Source: Crocinitomicaceae bacterium
Lineage (GTDB): Bacteria > Pseudomonadota > Gammaproteobacteria > Pseudomonadales > Oceanobacteraceae
DNA: 64,000 nucleotides
NCBI GenBank assembly: GCA_047628755.1
Contig: JBLHVV010000001.1
Location: 24,178 to 88,177 of the forward strand
Direction of reading: 5' to 3'
A program made the translations under genes and the position numbers. Below are positions 30,468 through 42,128 of this stretch, piece after piece. Positions within the stretch are counted from its first letter, which is position 1. Every line of letters begins with the position of its first letter. The notes under the pieces were generated by a model. That model saw only the letters and a list, made by a program, of their open reading frames with translations. It was not told the origin of the DNA and did no database searches.

Positions 30468-31452
30468 TTCTTCAAAACCTTCTAAAAAGTCAGCTAATAA
30501 AGCGTCTAACAAGCGCACTGCGATTACGGCTCAAAGCCAGTGGCAGGCTTATATGCAACACCATAAGTTAATGGCGATTGATAGCTTGCAGCGTCTTATG
30601 TCGTCGTTTGGTTCAAGTTTAATGACTTGGCTAGTTTTGGCCATCGCGTTGTCGTTACCTATGACACTTTATGTGTCGTTAGAAAATGTGAAGCAACTCA
30701 GCCGCACTTTAGATCAAAGCAGTCAGATGAGTGTGTACTTGAAGCAAGGAACTTTAGATCGTTTTGCTGCTGAAATTGTTACTGACTTGAAGTCTTGGTC
30801 ACAGATTCAAACCGTCTTATATATCAGTCCAGAGCAAGCCCTAGCAGAATTCACTAGCAGCACTGGTTTGACTGATGTGATTGACGGTTTAGACAGCAAC
30901 CCACTGCCCGGAGTAATTAGTGTTGTTCCTAAGTTAGATCAGCAAAACGTGGTCGAACTAGAACAGCTCGAACAGAAAATATTGTCCTTGAGGCATGTGG
31001 AGTCTGTGCAATTAGATTTACTTTGGGTTAAGCGTCTTTATCAGTTTATGGATCTAGGCCAAAGATTAGTCTGGGCATTAGCGGCATTATTAGGTTTAGC
31101 GGTATTATTAATTATTGGTAATACCATCCGGCTTTCTATCGAAAGTCGACGTGATGAAATTAGAGTAGTAAAGCTGGTTGGTGGAACCGATGCATTTGTG
31201 CGCAGGCCGTTTTTATACACTGGTATTTGGTTTGGACTGGGTGGTGGATTAATTGCTTGGATATTACTAAGTGTTGGGCTGTATTGGTTATCTGGCCCGG
31301 TTGAACGTCTAATCACTCTTTACGGCAGTGATTTTGTTTTGCGTGGCTTGGGTTTTAGTGATTCTTTACTGTTGATCTTTGACGGAGTGTTGCTAGGCTG
31401 GCTAGGAGCTTGGCTAGCGGTTAGTCGACATTTGAGCCGTATAGAGCCTTAA
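30457..31452 (+). CDS. ftsX: Cell division permease
   Basis: NPLP motif, GNTIRL...LVGGTDAFVRRPFLY. Confidence 0.95.
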   Translation: MVSNSSKPSKKSANKASNKRTAITAQSQWQAYMQHHKLMAIDSLQRLMSSFGSSLMTWLVLAIALSLPMTLYVSLENVKQLSRTLDQSSQMSVYLKQGTLDRFAAEIVTDLKSWSQIQTVLYISPEQALAEFTSSTGLTDVIDGLDSNPLPGVISVVPKLDQQNVVELEQLEQKILSLRHVESVQLDLLWVKRLYQFMDLGQRLVWALAALLGLAVLLIIGNTIRLSIESRRDEIRVVKLVGGTDAFVRRPFLYTGIWFGLGGGLIAWILLSVGLYWLSGPVERLITLYGSDFVLRGLGFSDSLLLIFDGVLLGWLGAWLAVSRHLSRIEP

Positions 31453-31545
31453 ATTCGGCAACAATTGCCAATTAATTAAAAAAAGCTATAACTTAAAGCC
31501 ATCGTTCTGTACATGAAACATTGATTTGCATTAAAACATCAAATT

Positions 31546-31572
31546 GAACCTTCTATGGCCTTGGCGCTCTAA
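31546..31572 (+). promoter_or_regulatory. SigmaE/AlgU-type promoter for rpoH
   Basis: GAACCT-N16-TCTAA upstream of rpoH; sigmaE-driven rpoH promoters are established in E. coli and P. aeruginosa. Confidence 0.7.
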
Positions 31573-31717
31573 AATCCCAGTGCTACACTGCTACCACGGT
31601 TAAAAATCAATAGTCGAGCAAACAGCTCAATTGAATAGCCCAGTTAATATAGCCTAACTAAATAGCTAAACTGGATTCACTATTGATGACAATAAAATTG
31701 AATGGAGAATTATTAAC

Positions 31718-32584
31718 ATGAGCACAAGCTTAATGGTCCCTAACATCGCAAGCCTGACGCCAGGTCGTGACCTAGACGGTTACTTGAACGCGATTGGCGG
31801 CATTGCTGTGTTAACTGCTGACGAAGAAAAAGCATTGGCAGACCGGTTATACTATGAAGAAGATTTAGATGCTGCACAGCATCTTGTTGTTTCACATCTG
31901 CGTTTTGTAGTACACATAGCTAAAAGTTACAGTGGTTACGGATTAAACCAATCTGATCTAATCCAAGAAGGCAATGTGGGTCTAATGAAAGCGGTAAAGC
32001 GCTTTAACCCAGAAGTAGGCGTGCGCCTAGTTAGTTTTGCGGTGCATTGGATCAAAGCTGAAATGCACGAATTTATTCTAAAAAACTGGCGCATTGTGAA
32101 AGTGGCTACCACTAAAGCACAGCGCAAGTTGTTCTTTAACCTTCGCAGCACTAAAAAGAAAATGGGTTGGTTAAACGAATCAGAAGCACAAACTATTGCT
32201 GACGATTTAGGTGTAGCTTTAAGGGATGTGCAAGAAATGGAAGGTCGAATGACTGCCCACGACAGTACTTTTGATAGCCCAGTAGCCGATGACGACGACG
32301 CCGCTTATCAGGCCCCCGTTAACTACATTGAAGATCATAGCTTTGATCCAGCCGCTGCAATTGAAAATGCTAACTATGCAGAAGACGCTTCGTCGCGCTT
32401 ACAAAATGCAATGTCTGAGCTTGACGAGCGCAGTCGTGACATTATCATGCGCCGATGGTTGTCAGACCAAAAGTCCACTCTGCACGAACTTGCTGCAGAA
32501 TATGGTGTATCAGCTGAGCGTATTCGTCAGTTAGAAAAAAATGCTATGAACAAAGTAAAAGGCCTAATTGGAGAAGTGGGTTAA
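31718..32584 (+). CDS. rpoH: RNA polymerase sigma-32
   Basis: RpoH box QRKLFFNLR; [17 protein letters not shown]. Confidence 0.98.
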   Translation: MSTSLMVPNIASLTPGRDLDGYLNAIGGIAVLTADEEKALADRLYYEEDLDAAQHLVVSHLRFVVHIAKSYSGYGLNQSDLIQEGNVGLMKAVKRFNPEVGVRLVSFAVHWIKAEMHEFILKNWRIVKVATTKAQRKLFFNLRSTKKKMGWLNESEAQTIADDLGVALRDVQEMEGRMTAHDSTFDSPVADDDDAAYQAPVNYIEDHSFDPAAAIENANYAEDASSRLQNAMSELDERSRDIIMRRWLSDQKSTLHELAAEYGVSAERIRQLEKNAMNKVKGLIGEVG

Positions 32585-32618
32585 TTCCCATGTTTTCTAG
32601 CTTTTTGATTCACAACAT

Positions 32619-32646
32619 AAAAAAAGCGGCTTAGGCCGCTTTTTTT
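32619..32646. terminator. Intrinsic terminator after rpoH
   Basis: aaaaaaaGCGGC-ttag-GCCGCttttttt. Confidence 0.9.
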
Positions 32647-32735
32647 AATGAGGATGGGAGCGACATTAATAAGTACTGGCTTATTAACCAGTGCAGGGGT
32701 TTATGTTTTGCCTCTAAACCCGTATCGTTCCCTCC

Positions 32736-32921
32736 ATGAAAAATCACACGTTAATATTATGCTTAGGGTCCATTTTTGGTGGCAGTCTATACCTTATGGC
32801 AGCGACCCAGATTAAAGCTTTGGGTATAATCACACCTATTGGCGGATTAGCCTTTTTAATTGGCTGGGCTTGCCTGTTTTATGCAGCCCTTCGCGATACT
32901 GAACAAAACCATAGAGAGTAG
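32736..32921 (+). pseudogene. 5'-truncated DUF423 (YgdD/TMEM256-like) membrane protein
   Basis: Only C-terminal half present: GSLYLMA..LGIITPIGGLAFLIGW; N-terminal GAFGAH segment absent. Confidence 0.65.
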
Positions 32922-32923
32922 AC

Positions 32924-33724
32924 ATGTCAGAAAACGATTCTAACGAACTTGAAGAATCTATCGTTCCTTCTATTAATGACTCTGGCGATACGGCAGAAGA
33001 GAGCGTAGACAGAGATGAAAGTGGCGTGCCAGTAAGCGTTCAGTATGCAAAACGTATTAAGTCGTTTGTTATACGTGCTGGCCGAATGAGTGCAGATCAG
33101 CGAGAGTTATATGCACAGCATTATTCAGAGAAGGGGTTAAAATTAGAAGACGGCATGCTGGATTACCAAGCCGTATTTGGAAACAACAACCCTGTGGTTT
33201 TAGAAGTGGGTTTTGGTATGGGTAAAAGCTTGGTAGAAATGTGCCAAGCCAACCCAAACTTAAACTATATAGGCGTTGAGGTTCATACACCAGGGGTAGC
33301 AAAATTACTCCGTGATGCCGCTGACTTTGGAGTTGAGAACTTACGCGTATATGAAGTTGATGCCATTGAGATTTTGGCCCATTGTATTCCAGATAATTCG
33401 TTGCAAACCATGCAATTGTTTTTTCCTGATCCGTGGCATAAAGCTCGACATAATAAACGTCGGATTTTAACCAGTAATTTTGCAGAGACTATTGGTCACA
33501 AGCTGATAATAGACGGCACTTTTCATATGGCCACCGATTGGGAACATTACGCCGAGCAAATGTTAGAAGTAATGGAAGCGGTGTCAGGCTATGAGAATGT
33601 TGCGGGTAAGGGTACATATCATCCGCGTCCAGAATTTAGACCATTAACAAAATTTGAAAATCGTGGCGAAAAATTGGGTCATGGGGTTTGGGATTTAATT
33701 TACAGGAAAAAACAATGTCGTTAA
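32924..33724 (+). CDS. trmB: tRNA (guanine-N7)-methyltransferase
   Basis: LEVGFGMG, GVEVH, FFPDPWHKARH, MATDW, RPLTKFE. Confidence 0.96.
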   Translation: MSENDSNELEESIVPSINDSGDTAEESVDRDESGVPVSVQYAKRIKSFVIRAGRMSADQRELYAQHYSEKGLKLEDGMLDYQAVFGNNNPVVLEVGFGMGKSLVEMCQANPNLNYIGVEVHTPGVAKLLRDAADFGVENLRVYEVDAIEILAHCIPDNSLQTMQLFFPDPWHKARHNKRRILTSNFAETIGHKLIIDGTFHMATDWEHYAEQMLEVMEAVSGYENVAGKGTYHPRPEFRPLTKFENRGEKLGHGVWDLIYRKKQCR

Positions 33725-34011
33725 AAAAAGATAAAGAAAAAGTATTTGGTGGTGAGTGGACTGAAGATGGCATGCGTTTTTTCTTAGAAAGCGAAAGCTA
33801 TGACGGTACTGACGTAGACTATATTAACATTATGAAAGCTTATCAGCATATGACAGCTGAAACCTTTGCTGAATTCATTGTTTTTTTCAAAACTGAAGGT
33901 CATAACGTAAGTGCTAAGAACTTGGATGGTGAAAGCGCTGTCAATGTAATAGGTTCTCATGCACCTGGTCAGCCATATGCTAAGGCGCTAGCAGCGGCTG
34001 GAGCAGTTTAA
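33715..34011 (+). CDS. PA4642-family protein
   Basis: LKKDKEKVFGGEW...KAYQHM...F.EF motif; likely start 33715. Confidence 0.75.
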   Translation: MSLKKDKEKVFGGEWTEDGMRFFLESESYDGTDVDYINIMKAYQHMTAETFAEFIVFFKTEGHNVSAKNLDGESAVNVIGSHAPGQPYAKALAAAGAV

Positions 34012-34065
34012 TTTGTATTAGACGTTTATAAAAGTTCATATAGATAGTCTGAATAATGGTTAAAT

Positions 34066-34104
34066 AAAAAAGCGAGCTTGGATATTATCAAAGCTCGCTT
34101 TTTT
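34066..34104. terminator. Bidirectional intrinsic terminator
   Basis: aaaaaaGCGAGCTT...AAGCTCGCtttttt between convergent genes. Confidence 0.85.
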
Positions 34105-34128
34105 GGTTTTAGCTAATGAGATAAGCGA

Positions 34129-35460
34129 TCATTCTTTTTTATTGATAATACCTTCTACATACGAAGCCCCATTGTGGGAGAAGTCAGATAATAAATCAGA
34201 TATGGCGTCTATTAAGCGGTCAAAACCTTGCTCGCCAGATTGCTCTTTTACTATGTCTATTAATTGTGTTTTTACCCCCAGGTCAGAATATTCAATATTT
34301 GGATCACTAACAAATTTAGTCGGCATGGTTTGATTAATCACATTGTCTATATGTTCAGCCTTGTCATATGACGTTTGGGAAAAAACACCCACCACATCTG
34401 AATCTTTATACACGCGAATTTGTTCAGGTACGTGAAGTGCTTTCAGTGTTTTATGATCATGGTTCCCTTCAAGTAAAGCTGTAGTCATAACCAAACTTTG
34501 AAAATCCTCTAGTACAGTGTGTCTATTTGAAACTAATTGAGTGGCTTCTTGCTGAGCTTTGGGAAAACCAGCCAAACCTAATACTCCTGGGAATAACGTT
34601 TCAAATGTACTGTTACCAGGAATTGGAGTTATATGATACGGGTTAGAAAAATCACCAATGTAATGCATTCCCCAGCCCATAAAACGCCAACCCCAATAAT
34701 CATGGCCGTTATCAAATGCAAATTCAGCAAGTTGCTTAAATAATTGAATGCGATATTCAGGATAGGTTTGCTTCAAAAAAGCACCTAAAGTGTAAAGTAC
34801 TGTGGACTCGTGATAAAAGCCCATGTGGAAAGGCGCTTGACTCCCGTATTCTAAATTAGCATTACCAAATGGCTGTGGACCAAAGCCATATTCAAGGCCG
34901 TAGTCGGTGTTACTGTCTGTGAACAAGCCAATATCTAAGCCATGGTCTGGTTCGTCGTTAGCACTGGTTGCCACGTCTAATGGAGTCACCATATCTCCTG
35001 CGGCTAGCTGAACTAGTTGCACGTTTTCTAAATAATGATAGTTTTTAAATACGGTAACATCTTGTGGTGCAATAGCGGCGGCTTCTCGTTTGTCCCCCGG
35101 CAATAGCTGTAAATATAGTGGCATTTTTAAATGGGGATTTATACGAATTGCTTGAGTGAAGCGTTTACGGATGGTTGTTACATCGCCAGTTGACTTAAAC
35201 GCTAGAGCATCTGGTCTAGGGGCGTAATGCCATAGAGTAGACTGCATTTTTATTTCTTGATCGGCTAAAAAGGTTTCTAATTTATCTTCGTTAGCCAGTA
35301 AAAAGGTTTCAATTGTTTCTACTTTAACCTGTTTTGCATTTTGTACCGCTGGCATAGACGCCAGTAGTGTTTGGCTTACCACGGTGTGGTTTGACCAAGA
35401 TAGAGCGGGCATGGCTGCAGCGCATAGGGATACTAATAAAAGCGATTTTATTATCTTCAT
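34129..35460 (-). CDS. Secreted zinc-dependent phospholipase C / S1-P1 nuclease superfamily protein
   Basis: Signal peptide ending ALS|WSNH; DEPD; HYIGDFSNPYH; NRHTVLE. Confidence 0.65.
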   Translation of the reverse strand: MKIIKSLLLVSLCAAAMPALSWSNHTVVSQTLLASMPAVQNAKQVKVETIETFLLANEDKLETFLADQEIKMQSTLWHYAPRPDALAFKSTGDVTTIRKRFTQAIRINPHLKMPLYLQLLPGDKREAAAIAPQDVTVFKNYHYLENVQLVQLAAGDMVTPLDVATSANDEPDHGLDIGLFTDSNTDYGLEYGFGPQPFGNANLEYGSQAPFHMGFYHESTVLYTLGAFLKQTYPEYRIQLFKQLAEFAFDNGHDYWGWRFMGWGMHYIGDFSNPYHITPIPGNSTFETLFPGVLGLAGFPKAQQEATQLVSNRHTVLEDFQSLVMTTALLEGNHDHKTLKALHVPEQIRVYKDSDVVGVFSQTSYDKAEHIDNVINQTMPTKFVSDPNIEYSDLGVKTQLIDIVKEQSGEQGFDRLIDAISDLLSDFSHNGASYVEGIINKKE

Positions 35461-35593
35461 TTTTGGGGCCGTTAACTAATACGTATAACGTAAACCATAC
35501 AGATAATTCTAATACTTTAATATGACATATTGAGCAAATTGAGTATCCTTTTAGCCCAATTTACCTTGGGATAAAAGCGTTATAAATGAGATT

Positions 35594-36316
35594 TTATAAG
35601 CCTTTTATCAGCTTTCGAACCCCGGCAACATGGCGTCTAGAAATAGGGATTGGTTGTTCATAACCATTCAGCGTTAATGTATAGCCAATGCCATCGTGTT
35701 TTTCAAAACTGGTAATGGCCTTAATTGCCACTAATGCGTTTCTATGGACTCGAATAAAAAAGCCTTCAAACTCGTCTTCTAATTCTTTTAGCGGTTCATC
35801 AATTAAAAGCTCTCCAAGTTTGTGGACTACAGCAATGTATTTTTGGTCGGCTCTAAATAAAATAATATTTTCAATGGGAATGAGTTCTAGTCCTTGATGA
35901 GATTTTGCACTGATATGATTGCGACAGGCATTACTGTTTAAAAACTGTGCTTGCACTTTGTTGAGTTTCTTTAGTTTTGACAGTGCATTCCTTAAATCGT
36001 CAATACGTACAGGCTTTAATAAATATCCCACTGCCTGTACGTCAAATGCTTGTATTGCATATTCATCATAAGCAGTGGTAAAAATAATTGCTGGTGGAGT
36101 GTCTAGCTGACTAATGTGCTGGGCTGCTTCTAAGCCATTCATTGCTGGCATTTGAATGTCCAAAAGTACCACATCAGGAGCAAACTTTTCGATGGCTTTA
36201 ATTGCTTCTATGCCGTTATTCGCTTCACTCACCACTTCGCCCAGTTGAGCATTATTTATAAAACGAACTAGACGTGTACGCGCTAGGGGCTCGTCATCAA
36301 CAATTATTATTTTCAT
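35594..36316 (-). CDS. algR: LytTR response regulator
   Basis: DDEPLAR, LDIQMP receiver; FIRVHRNALV LytTR; paired with AlgZ-like kinase next to argH. Confidence 0.88.
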   Translation of the reverse strand: MKIIIVDDEPLARTRLVRFINNAQLGEVVSEANNGIEAIKAIEKFAPDVVLLDIQMPAMNGLEAAQHISQLDTPPAIIFTTAYDEYAIQAFDVQAVGYLLKPVRIDDLRNALSKLKKLNKVQAQFLNSNACRNHISAKSHQGLELIPIENIILFRADQKYIAVVHKLGELLIDEPLKELEDEFEGFFIRVHRNALVAIKAITSFEKHDGIGYTLTLNGYEQPIPISRRHVAGVRKLIKGL

Positions 36317-37386
36317 ATATTTATATGGGCCGTATTTGGGTACTCAATAGTAATATTAAACTGATCGTTATTAAGGTCTGTTGTCATTAAAACATCCTCT
36401 CCATAAAGAGCTTGTAATCTATGGCGAATATTTTCTAGGGCCATATGATTGCCAGACTCTTTATAATTACTGGTAGCTCGATTGTTAATAGGTTTGTCAC
36501 TGATAGGATTGCTAACCTGTAGAAACACACGATTATTTATGGTGTTTATAATTACCTTTACTATTCCACCATTGATGCGGGAAGATATGCCATGATTAAT
36601 GGCATTTTCTATTAGAGGCTGCAATGTTAATAATGGGATTTTAGTCGTGTTTTCAGCATTAATATTCCAGTCAACCGTTAAGCGATCACCCAGACGAATC
36701 TGTTCAATGTTCACGTACTTTTTGCATAGATCCAGTTCTTGTTTAAGACTTACCTCACTACCAGCTTCTTTTAAACTGGCTCTAAAAAGTTCGCTTAAAT
36801 CTTCTACTGCTCGTTCAGCTTTATCTGGATCCACATGAATAAGACTGGCAATAATGTTCATGCTGTTAAATAAAAAGTGTGGGCGGATTCGGCTTTGCAA
36901 TGCTTGAATGCGTGATTGCAGTTCACTGCGAGCACGTAATCGACTTTCCATTTGTACAAAAAAATAGTGTAACAATAAAGCCGCTAAGATCATCGTGATC
37001 ATTTGATTCTTTAATATCCAGTCCCAACCTAAATTTTCGTACAAAAAATAGTGGAACCCCCACTGAGTAAGTAGGCTCAAAACCAAGTTACATAGCAAAA
37101 TAACCGCAAATGCTATAGCCGTTAATTTATTAACCGTCATTTTTGGTAGATATAATCGCAGTCTACATAGGCATACGGCACATACTAAAACCATCCATTG
37201 AATATAAAGCGACAATAACCCAAATTGCTCCCAGCTAAAATCTAACGCCCCGCTAGAAAGCAATGTGATTGCAATCACCAGGGCTTCGCTGGACAAAATA
37301 ACCCACAATGCACTGCGCCCTTGGCAGAGGTCGGGTATTAGGTCTTTTGAGTCGATTGACCCATGGCTAAAAGATTTCTGTGACAT
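36313..37386 (-). CDS. algZ: LytS-type sensor histidine kinase (AlgZ/FimS)
   Basis: ALQSRIRPHFLFNSMN, LQPLIENAINHG; N-terminal TM region. Confidence 0.88.
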   Translation of the reverse strand: MSQKSFSHGSIDSKDLIPDLCQGRSALWVILSSEALVIAITLLSSGALDFSWEQFGLLSLYIQWMVLVCAVCLCRLRLYLPKMTVNKLTAIAFAVILLCNLVLSLLTQWGFHYFLYENLGWDWILKNQMITMILAALLLHYFFVQMESRLRARSELQSRIQALQSRIRPHFLFNSMNIIASLIHVDPDKAERAVEDLSELFRASLKEAGSEVSLKQELDLCKKYVNIEQIRLGDRLTVDWNINAENTTKIPLLTLQPLIENAINHGISSRINGGIVKVIINTINNRVFLQVSNPISDKPINNRATSNYKESGNHMALENIRHRLQALYGEDVLMTTDLNNDQFNITIEYPNTAHINI

Positions 37387-37626
37387 ATGGGGTTAAGGAT
37401 CCCGGCAATGAGTGTTTAGTCAGATCTGAATAATATTTAACTTAAGAGTTTGTATTATTCTAAGCTAAGGCTCAAGTTTACAGGGCAATTCTGTGGCTAA
37501 ATTGAGATAACACGATGTTATTGCTCGTACAAACATGCAAACCAGTCAGCATAGGTGAGGAAATCCGCTAGAGTCTGTATAATGCGCAGCAATTTAGCTT
37601 ATCTTCGTTTTTAGCAAGGATCACAC

Positions 37627-39018
37627 ATGACTGAACAAACAAACTCTGCCTGGGGCGGCCGTTTCTCTGAAGCTACCGACGCTTTTGTACAGCGCTTTAC
37701 AGCATCGGTTGAGTTTGATCAGCGTATGTATGCCCAAGACATTCAGGGTTCTGTTGCCCATGCCACCATGCTGGCAAAAATTGGCGTGCTTACTGAAGGT
37801 GAGCGGGACGAAATAATTCAAGGCTTAGGTGAAATTAAAGTTGATATAGAAGCCGGTAACTTTGAATGGTCTATTGCGTTAGAAGATGTACATATGAACA
37901 TCGAAGCTGCGTTAACAGCCAAAATAGGCATTACAGGTAAAAAGCTTCACACAGGCCGAAGCCGTAACGACCAAGTAGCCACTGATATTCGATTGTTCTT
38001 GCGCAGCGAAATTGACCACATGTCTAGTGAAGTTACACGTTTGCAAAAAGGCCTAATCGAGTTGGCCACAAATGAAGCCGACACTATCATGCCAGGCTTC
38101 ACCCATTTACAAACAGCGCAACCAGTCACCTTTGGACACCATTTATTAGCATGGAACGAAATGCTAGAACGTGACTTTGCCCGTTTGCAAGATTGCCGTA
38201 AACGCACCAACGTTATGCCGTTAGGCGCCGCTGCATTAGCTGGAACCACATACCCAATTGATCGCCACATGACAGCCGAGCTATTAGGTTTTGATGCTCC
38301 CACTGAAAACAGCCTAGACAGTGTATCAGATCGTGACTTCGCAATTGAATTCACCGCTGCCTGTGCAACTATTATGATGCACTTGAGCCGTTTCAGTGAA
38401 GAGCTAGTATTATGGGCCAGTGCACAGTTCAATTTTATTGATTTACCAGATCGCTTTTGTACTGGCTCTTCCATTATGCCGCAAAAGAAAAACCCAGACG
38501 TTCCAGAGTTAGTGCGCGGTAAAGCAGGACGAATCTTTGGGCATCTAATGAGCTTACTGACATTAATGAAAAGTCAGCCGTTGGCCTACAACAAAGACAA
38601 CCAAGAAGACAAAGAGCCATTGTTTGATACTGTCGACAATGTGGGCGGCAGCTTAAGGGCATTCGCCGATATGATGCCGCATGTTGTCGCTAAAAAAGAA
38701 GTGATGCGAGAAGCGGCACTTAGAGGCTTTTCAACCGCTACCGATCTAGCAGATTACTTAGTGCGCAAGGGTGTAGCGTTCCGTGATTCACACGAGATTG
38801 TAGGCAGTGCAGTGGGCTATGGCATAAAAACTGGAAAAGACTTAGGGGAGATGTCACTAGAAGAGCTACAAAAATTCGGCAATATGATTACAGATGATGT
38901 ATTTGATGTACTCACCCTTGAAGGTTCTGTAAGTGCTCGTGATCACCTTGGTGGAACAGCGCCTAATCAAGTTCGTGCAGCAGCAAAACGTGCCACAGAG
39001 AGACTATCTAGGCGTTAA
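37627..39018 (+). CDS. argH: Argininosuccinate lyase
   Basis: [27 protein letters not shown]. Confidence 0.98.
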   Translation: MTEQTNSAWGGRFSEATDAFVQRFTASVEFDQRMYAQDIQGSVAHATMLAKIGVLTEGERDEIIQGLGEIKVDIEAGNFEWSIALEDVHMNIEAALTAKIGITGKKLHTGRSRNDQVATDIRLFLRSEIDHMSSEVTRLQKGLIELATNEADTIMPGFTHLQTAQPVTFGHHLLAWNEMLERDFARLQDCRKRTNVMPLGAAALAGTTYPIDRHMTAELLGFDAPTENSLDSVSDRDFAIEFTAACATIMMHLSRFSEELVLWASAQFNFIDLPDRFCTGSSIMPQKKNPDVPELVRGKAGRIFGHLMSLLTLMKSQPLAYNKDNQEDKEPLFDTVDNVGGSLRAFADMMPHVVAKKEVMREAALRGFSTATDLADYLVRKGVAFRDSHEIVGSAVGYGIKTGKDLGEMSLEELQKFGNMITDDVFDVLTLEGSVSARDHLGGTAPNQVRAAAKRATERLSRR

Positions 39019-39050
39019 ATTTTTATATTAGTCTTAAACTTAGCTCATAT

Positions 39051-39080
39051 AAAGCCTCGATTATTCATCGGGGCTTTTTT
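39051..39080 (+). terminator. Intrinsic terminator after argH
   Basis: aaAGCCTCGAT-tattc-ATCGGGGCTttttt. Confidence 0.8.
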
Positions 39081-39138
39081 GTGGGTGATGAAATATCGCT
39101 AAAGTTAATTGATAAGCTTATGCGTTATTCAGTAATGG

Positions 39139-39522
39139 TTAAGTGGTTTTTGCTTCTAATATTTTATCAGCCACTTCTTTTGGATTTAAAATATTTTTTA
39201 TTTTAAATCGAGTCCCTTGTATTGTCTCAAGTTCAATATGACCAGTACCCAATAATCGCTTATGGACCGAACATTTTACAATGCTGTTAATATCTATAGT
39301 TGCCGGCTTACCTATATAAGGCTTTTTTGTCAGTATGCTATCTTCAATTGAGTATGAATAACCTAAAGTGGCCACCAAAACGATCAGCCAACAGGGAATC
39401 GCCAGAAAGAAAAGTACTATTAAGGTTTCCGCTAATGCACTTGCTAAAACCGTATTTAATAAAAAAAATACAGGAAATAGAATCAGCAGTGGAAATGCTA
39501 TTGGTGTGGGTTTAACTAACAT
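39139..39522 (-). CDS. Membrane protein with bacterial PH-like domain
   Basis: Two TM helices followed by LLGTGHIELET..FKIKNI.NP pattern. Confidence 0.6.
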   Translation of the reverse strand: MLVKPTPIAFPLLILFPVFFLLNTVLASALAETLIVLFFLAIPCWLIVLVATLGYSYSIEDSILTKKPYIGKPATIDINSIVKCSVHKRLLGTGHIELETIQGTRFKIKNILNPKEVADKILEAKTT

Positions 39523-39544
39523 GAAAAATATCCTGCGGTTTAAA

Positions 39545-39925
39545 TTATGGAAGCTCTAGCACACCATCCATTTCAACTTCTGAATTTTTGGGTAAAGACG
39601 CAATCCCAATGGCAGCACGTGCAGGGTATGGCTGTTCAAAGTATTCAGCCATTATGGTGTTAACGATGGCAAAGTTGCCAAGGTCAGTTAAGAATATGTT
39701 TAGCTTTGCTATATCTTGCAAAGAACCACCTGCGGCCTCGCATACAGCTGTTAGGTTATCAAATACACGACGTACGTTAGCTGCAAAATCACCTTCAACC
39801 ATTTCCATTGTTTCTGGAACTAATGGGATTTGCCCAGAAAGATAAACAGTTTTGTTAATTTTTACAGCTTGCGAATAAGTGCCGATGGCTTGAGGAGCTT
39901 TTTTAGTGCTGATGATTTCTTTCAT
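39545..39925 (-). CDS. RidA/YjgF-family enamine deaminase
   Basis: [29 protein letters not shown]. Confidence 0.93.
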   Translation of the reverse strand: MKEIISTKKAPQAIGTYSQAVKINKTVYLSGQIPLVPETMEMVEGDFAANVRRVFDNLTAVCEAAGGSLQDIAKLNIFLTDLGNFAIVNTIMAEYFEQPYPARAAIGIASLPKNSEVEMDGVLELP

Positions 39926-39951
39926 GGAGATTCCAATACTATTATATTTGG

Positions 39952-42087
39952 TTATCCGCTATTTTTTACACGAATAATTTTTGATACGGCTTTATTTTTC
40001 TTAAGCTGACGCATTACGTCGGCAAGATGGTTACGACCATGGACTCCAATTCTCAAACTTAATACGCTGAGTTGTGCGTCTTTATCGTCTACGCTTATCT
40101 GTTCTAAATTACCATCGGCGTCAGTTACAGCAGCTGCAAGGTTGGCAATGGTACCCCGTCTATTTTCTGTCCAAACACGAAGTGTAACGGAAAAGTCTTC
40201 TTTGATTTTGTCATCCCATATTAATGGTAAGCACTTATCAGTTTGATCTAAAAATTCTTGGATGTTTTTGCAGCCAGTGGTGTGAACCACTAAGCCACGA
40301 CCAGCACTTGAGTAGCCAACCACATCATCCCCAGGGATGGGGCTACAGCATTTTGCATAAGTGACTACGCCCCCTTCTTTACCCGATATGCTAAAAACGC
40401 CTTCACTGGATACAGTAGATACGCCATCGGTTTCACCCAATGCAAAAATGGCAATGCGTCGTGCAATGGCTTGAGCAGAACGGGTGCCTAGGCCAATGTC
40501 TTCTAAAATCATATCAAAATCTACAGAGCCAAACTCTTTCATTAGGTGTTCTAAGTGATCTAACTCTATATCGTTTAAGTCTAAATGGAACATAGATAAT
40601 GCACCACTTAATAAGCGATGCCCCAGAGTAATGGATTCATCGTGTTTTTGATTTTTAAGATAATGACGAATGTTTGCGCGGGCTTTACTGGTAACAACAA
40701 AATTTAACCAAGCTGGGTTTGGACTTGCACCAGGGGCAGTAATAATTTCCACCGACTGTCCGCTGTATAACCGAGTGCTTAATGGCGCCAATTGGCGGTC
40801 AATGCGACAACCTACACATGTGTTGCCCACATCGGTATGCACGTTGTATGCAAAGTCAACTGCGGTACTGTCTTTGGGCATTTCGACGATACGACCTTTA
40901 GGCGTAAATATGTAAGTATCGTCTGGAAATAAATCGAGCTTTACGTTTTCAATAAACTCTTGTGGGTTGCCGGCGCTTTGCTGCAGTTCTAATAAACCTT
41001 TGACCCATTGACGAGCACGTTTACTGCCTTTGCTGTGTACTTCGTCTTCTTCATCTTTATATAACCAATGTGCGGCAATTCCGTTGTGTGCCATGGCTTC
41101 CATTTCTTCGGTACGAATTTGAACTTCAATATGGACGCCACCCACACCGATTACCGATGAGTGAATAGATTGATAACCATTGGACTTAGGAATCGCGATG
41201 TAATCTTTAAATCGGCCAGGTACGGGTTTATAAAAATTATGTACAAACCCCAATGCGCGATAGCAACTGTCTACGTTGTCTACAATAATACGAAAACCGT
41301 ACACGTCCATAATTTGATTGAAAGACTTTTTCTGCTCCTTCATTTTACGATAGATACTGTACAGGTGTTTCTCACGGCCAATAACGCGGGCTTTTAATCC
41401 TTCTTCTTTAAGGCGTGTTTTCAGTGCTTCGCTAATGCGCTCAACTAGCTCACTGCGATTTCCTCGGGCAGATTTAACTGCTTTTTGAATCATTTTGCTG
41501 CGCATAGGATGCTTGGCAGCAAAGCATAGGTCCTCTAGCTCCATGCGAATATTACTAATGCCTAGGCGATTGGCTATTGGGGCATAAATTTCCAAAGTCT
41601 CGTTGGCAATACGGCGCTTTTTTTCTGGAGGCATGGCGTTTAGCGTGCGCATGTTGTGCAGTCGATCGGCGAGTTTAACCAGTATGACTCGAATGTCACG
41701 AGCCATGGCCATAGCCATTTTTTGGAAGTTGCCTGCTTGCTTTTCTTCTTGGCTGCCAAACTTAATGTGGGTTAATTTACTAACACCATCTACGAGTTCC
41801 GATACAGTTACTCCAAACTGTTGTTCAAGGGCATCTTTTGGAACGGCGGTGTCTTCAATAACATCATGGAGCATGGCAGCCATTAGGCTTTGCGGATCCA
41901 TGTGCATTTCGGATAGGATTTTGGCCACGGCCAGAGGGTGAACAATATAAGGATCGCCACTGCGACGATATTGCCCGTCATGAGCTTGCTCGGCGTAGTA
42001 GTAAGCACGGCAAACCTGATTGATTTGCTCGGGCTCAAGATAGCTGCTTAGGCGTTCAGCCAGGGCATCTATAGTTGGCAACGTCAA
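39952..42087 (-). CDS. spoT: Bifunctional (p)ppGpp synthetase/hydrolase
   Basis: Intact HD motif [29 protein letters not shown] and ACT domains; follows rpoZ. Confidence 0.97.
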   Translation of the reverse strand: MTLPTIDALAERLSSYLEPEQINQVCRAYYYAEQAHDGQYRRSGDPYIVHPLAVAKILSEMHMDPQSLMAAMLHDVIEDTAVPKDALEQQFGVTVSELVDGVSKLTHIKFGSQEEKQAGNFQKMAMAMARDIRVILVKLADRLHNMRTLNAMPPEKKRRIANETLEIYAPIANRLGISNIRMELEDLCFAAKHPMRSKMIQKAVKSARGNRSELVERISEALKTRLKEEGLKARVIGREKHLYSIYRKMKEQKKSFNQIMDVYGFRIIVDNVDSCYRALGFVHNFYKPVPGRFKDYIAIPKSNGYQSIHSSVIGVGGVHIEVQIRTEEMEAMAHNGIAAHWLYKDEEDEVHSKGSKRARQWVKGLLELQQSAGNPQEFIENVKLDLFPDDTYIFTPKGRIVEMPKDSTAVDFAYNVHTDVGNTCVGCRIDRQLAPLSTRLYSGQSVEIITAPGASPNPAWLNFVVTSKARANIRHYLKNQKHDESITLGHRLLSGALSMFHLDLNDIELDHLEHLMKEFGSVDFDMILEDIGLGTRSAQAIARRIAIFALGETDGVSTVSSEGVFSISGKEGGVVTYAKCCSPIPGDDVVGYSSAGRGLVVHTTGCKNIQEFLDQTDKCLPLIWDDKIKEDFSVTLRVWTENRRGTIANLAAAVTDADGNLEQISVDDKDAQLSVLSLRIGVHGRNHLADVMRQLKKNKAVSKIIRVKNSG

Positions 42088-42128
42088 CCTCCAGCTTTCT
42101 GGTTAAGTATAATTGCTGCCAATATCAA

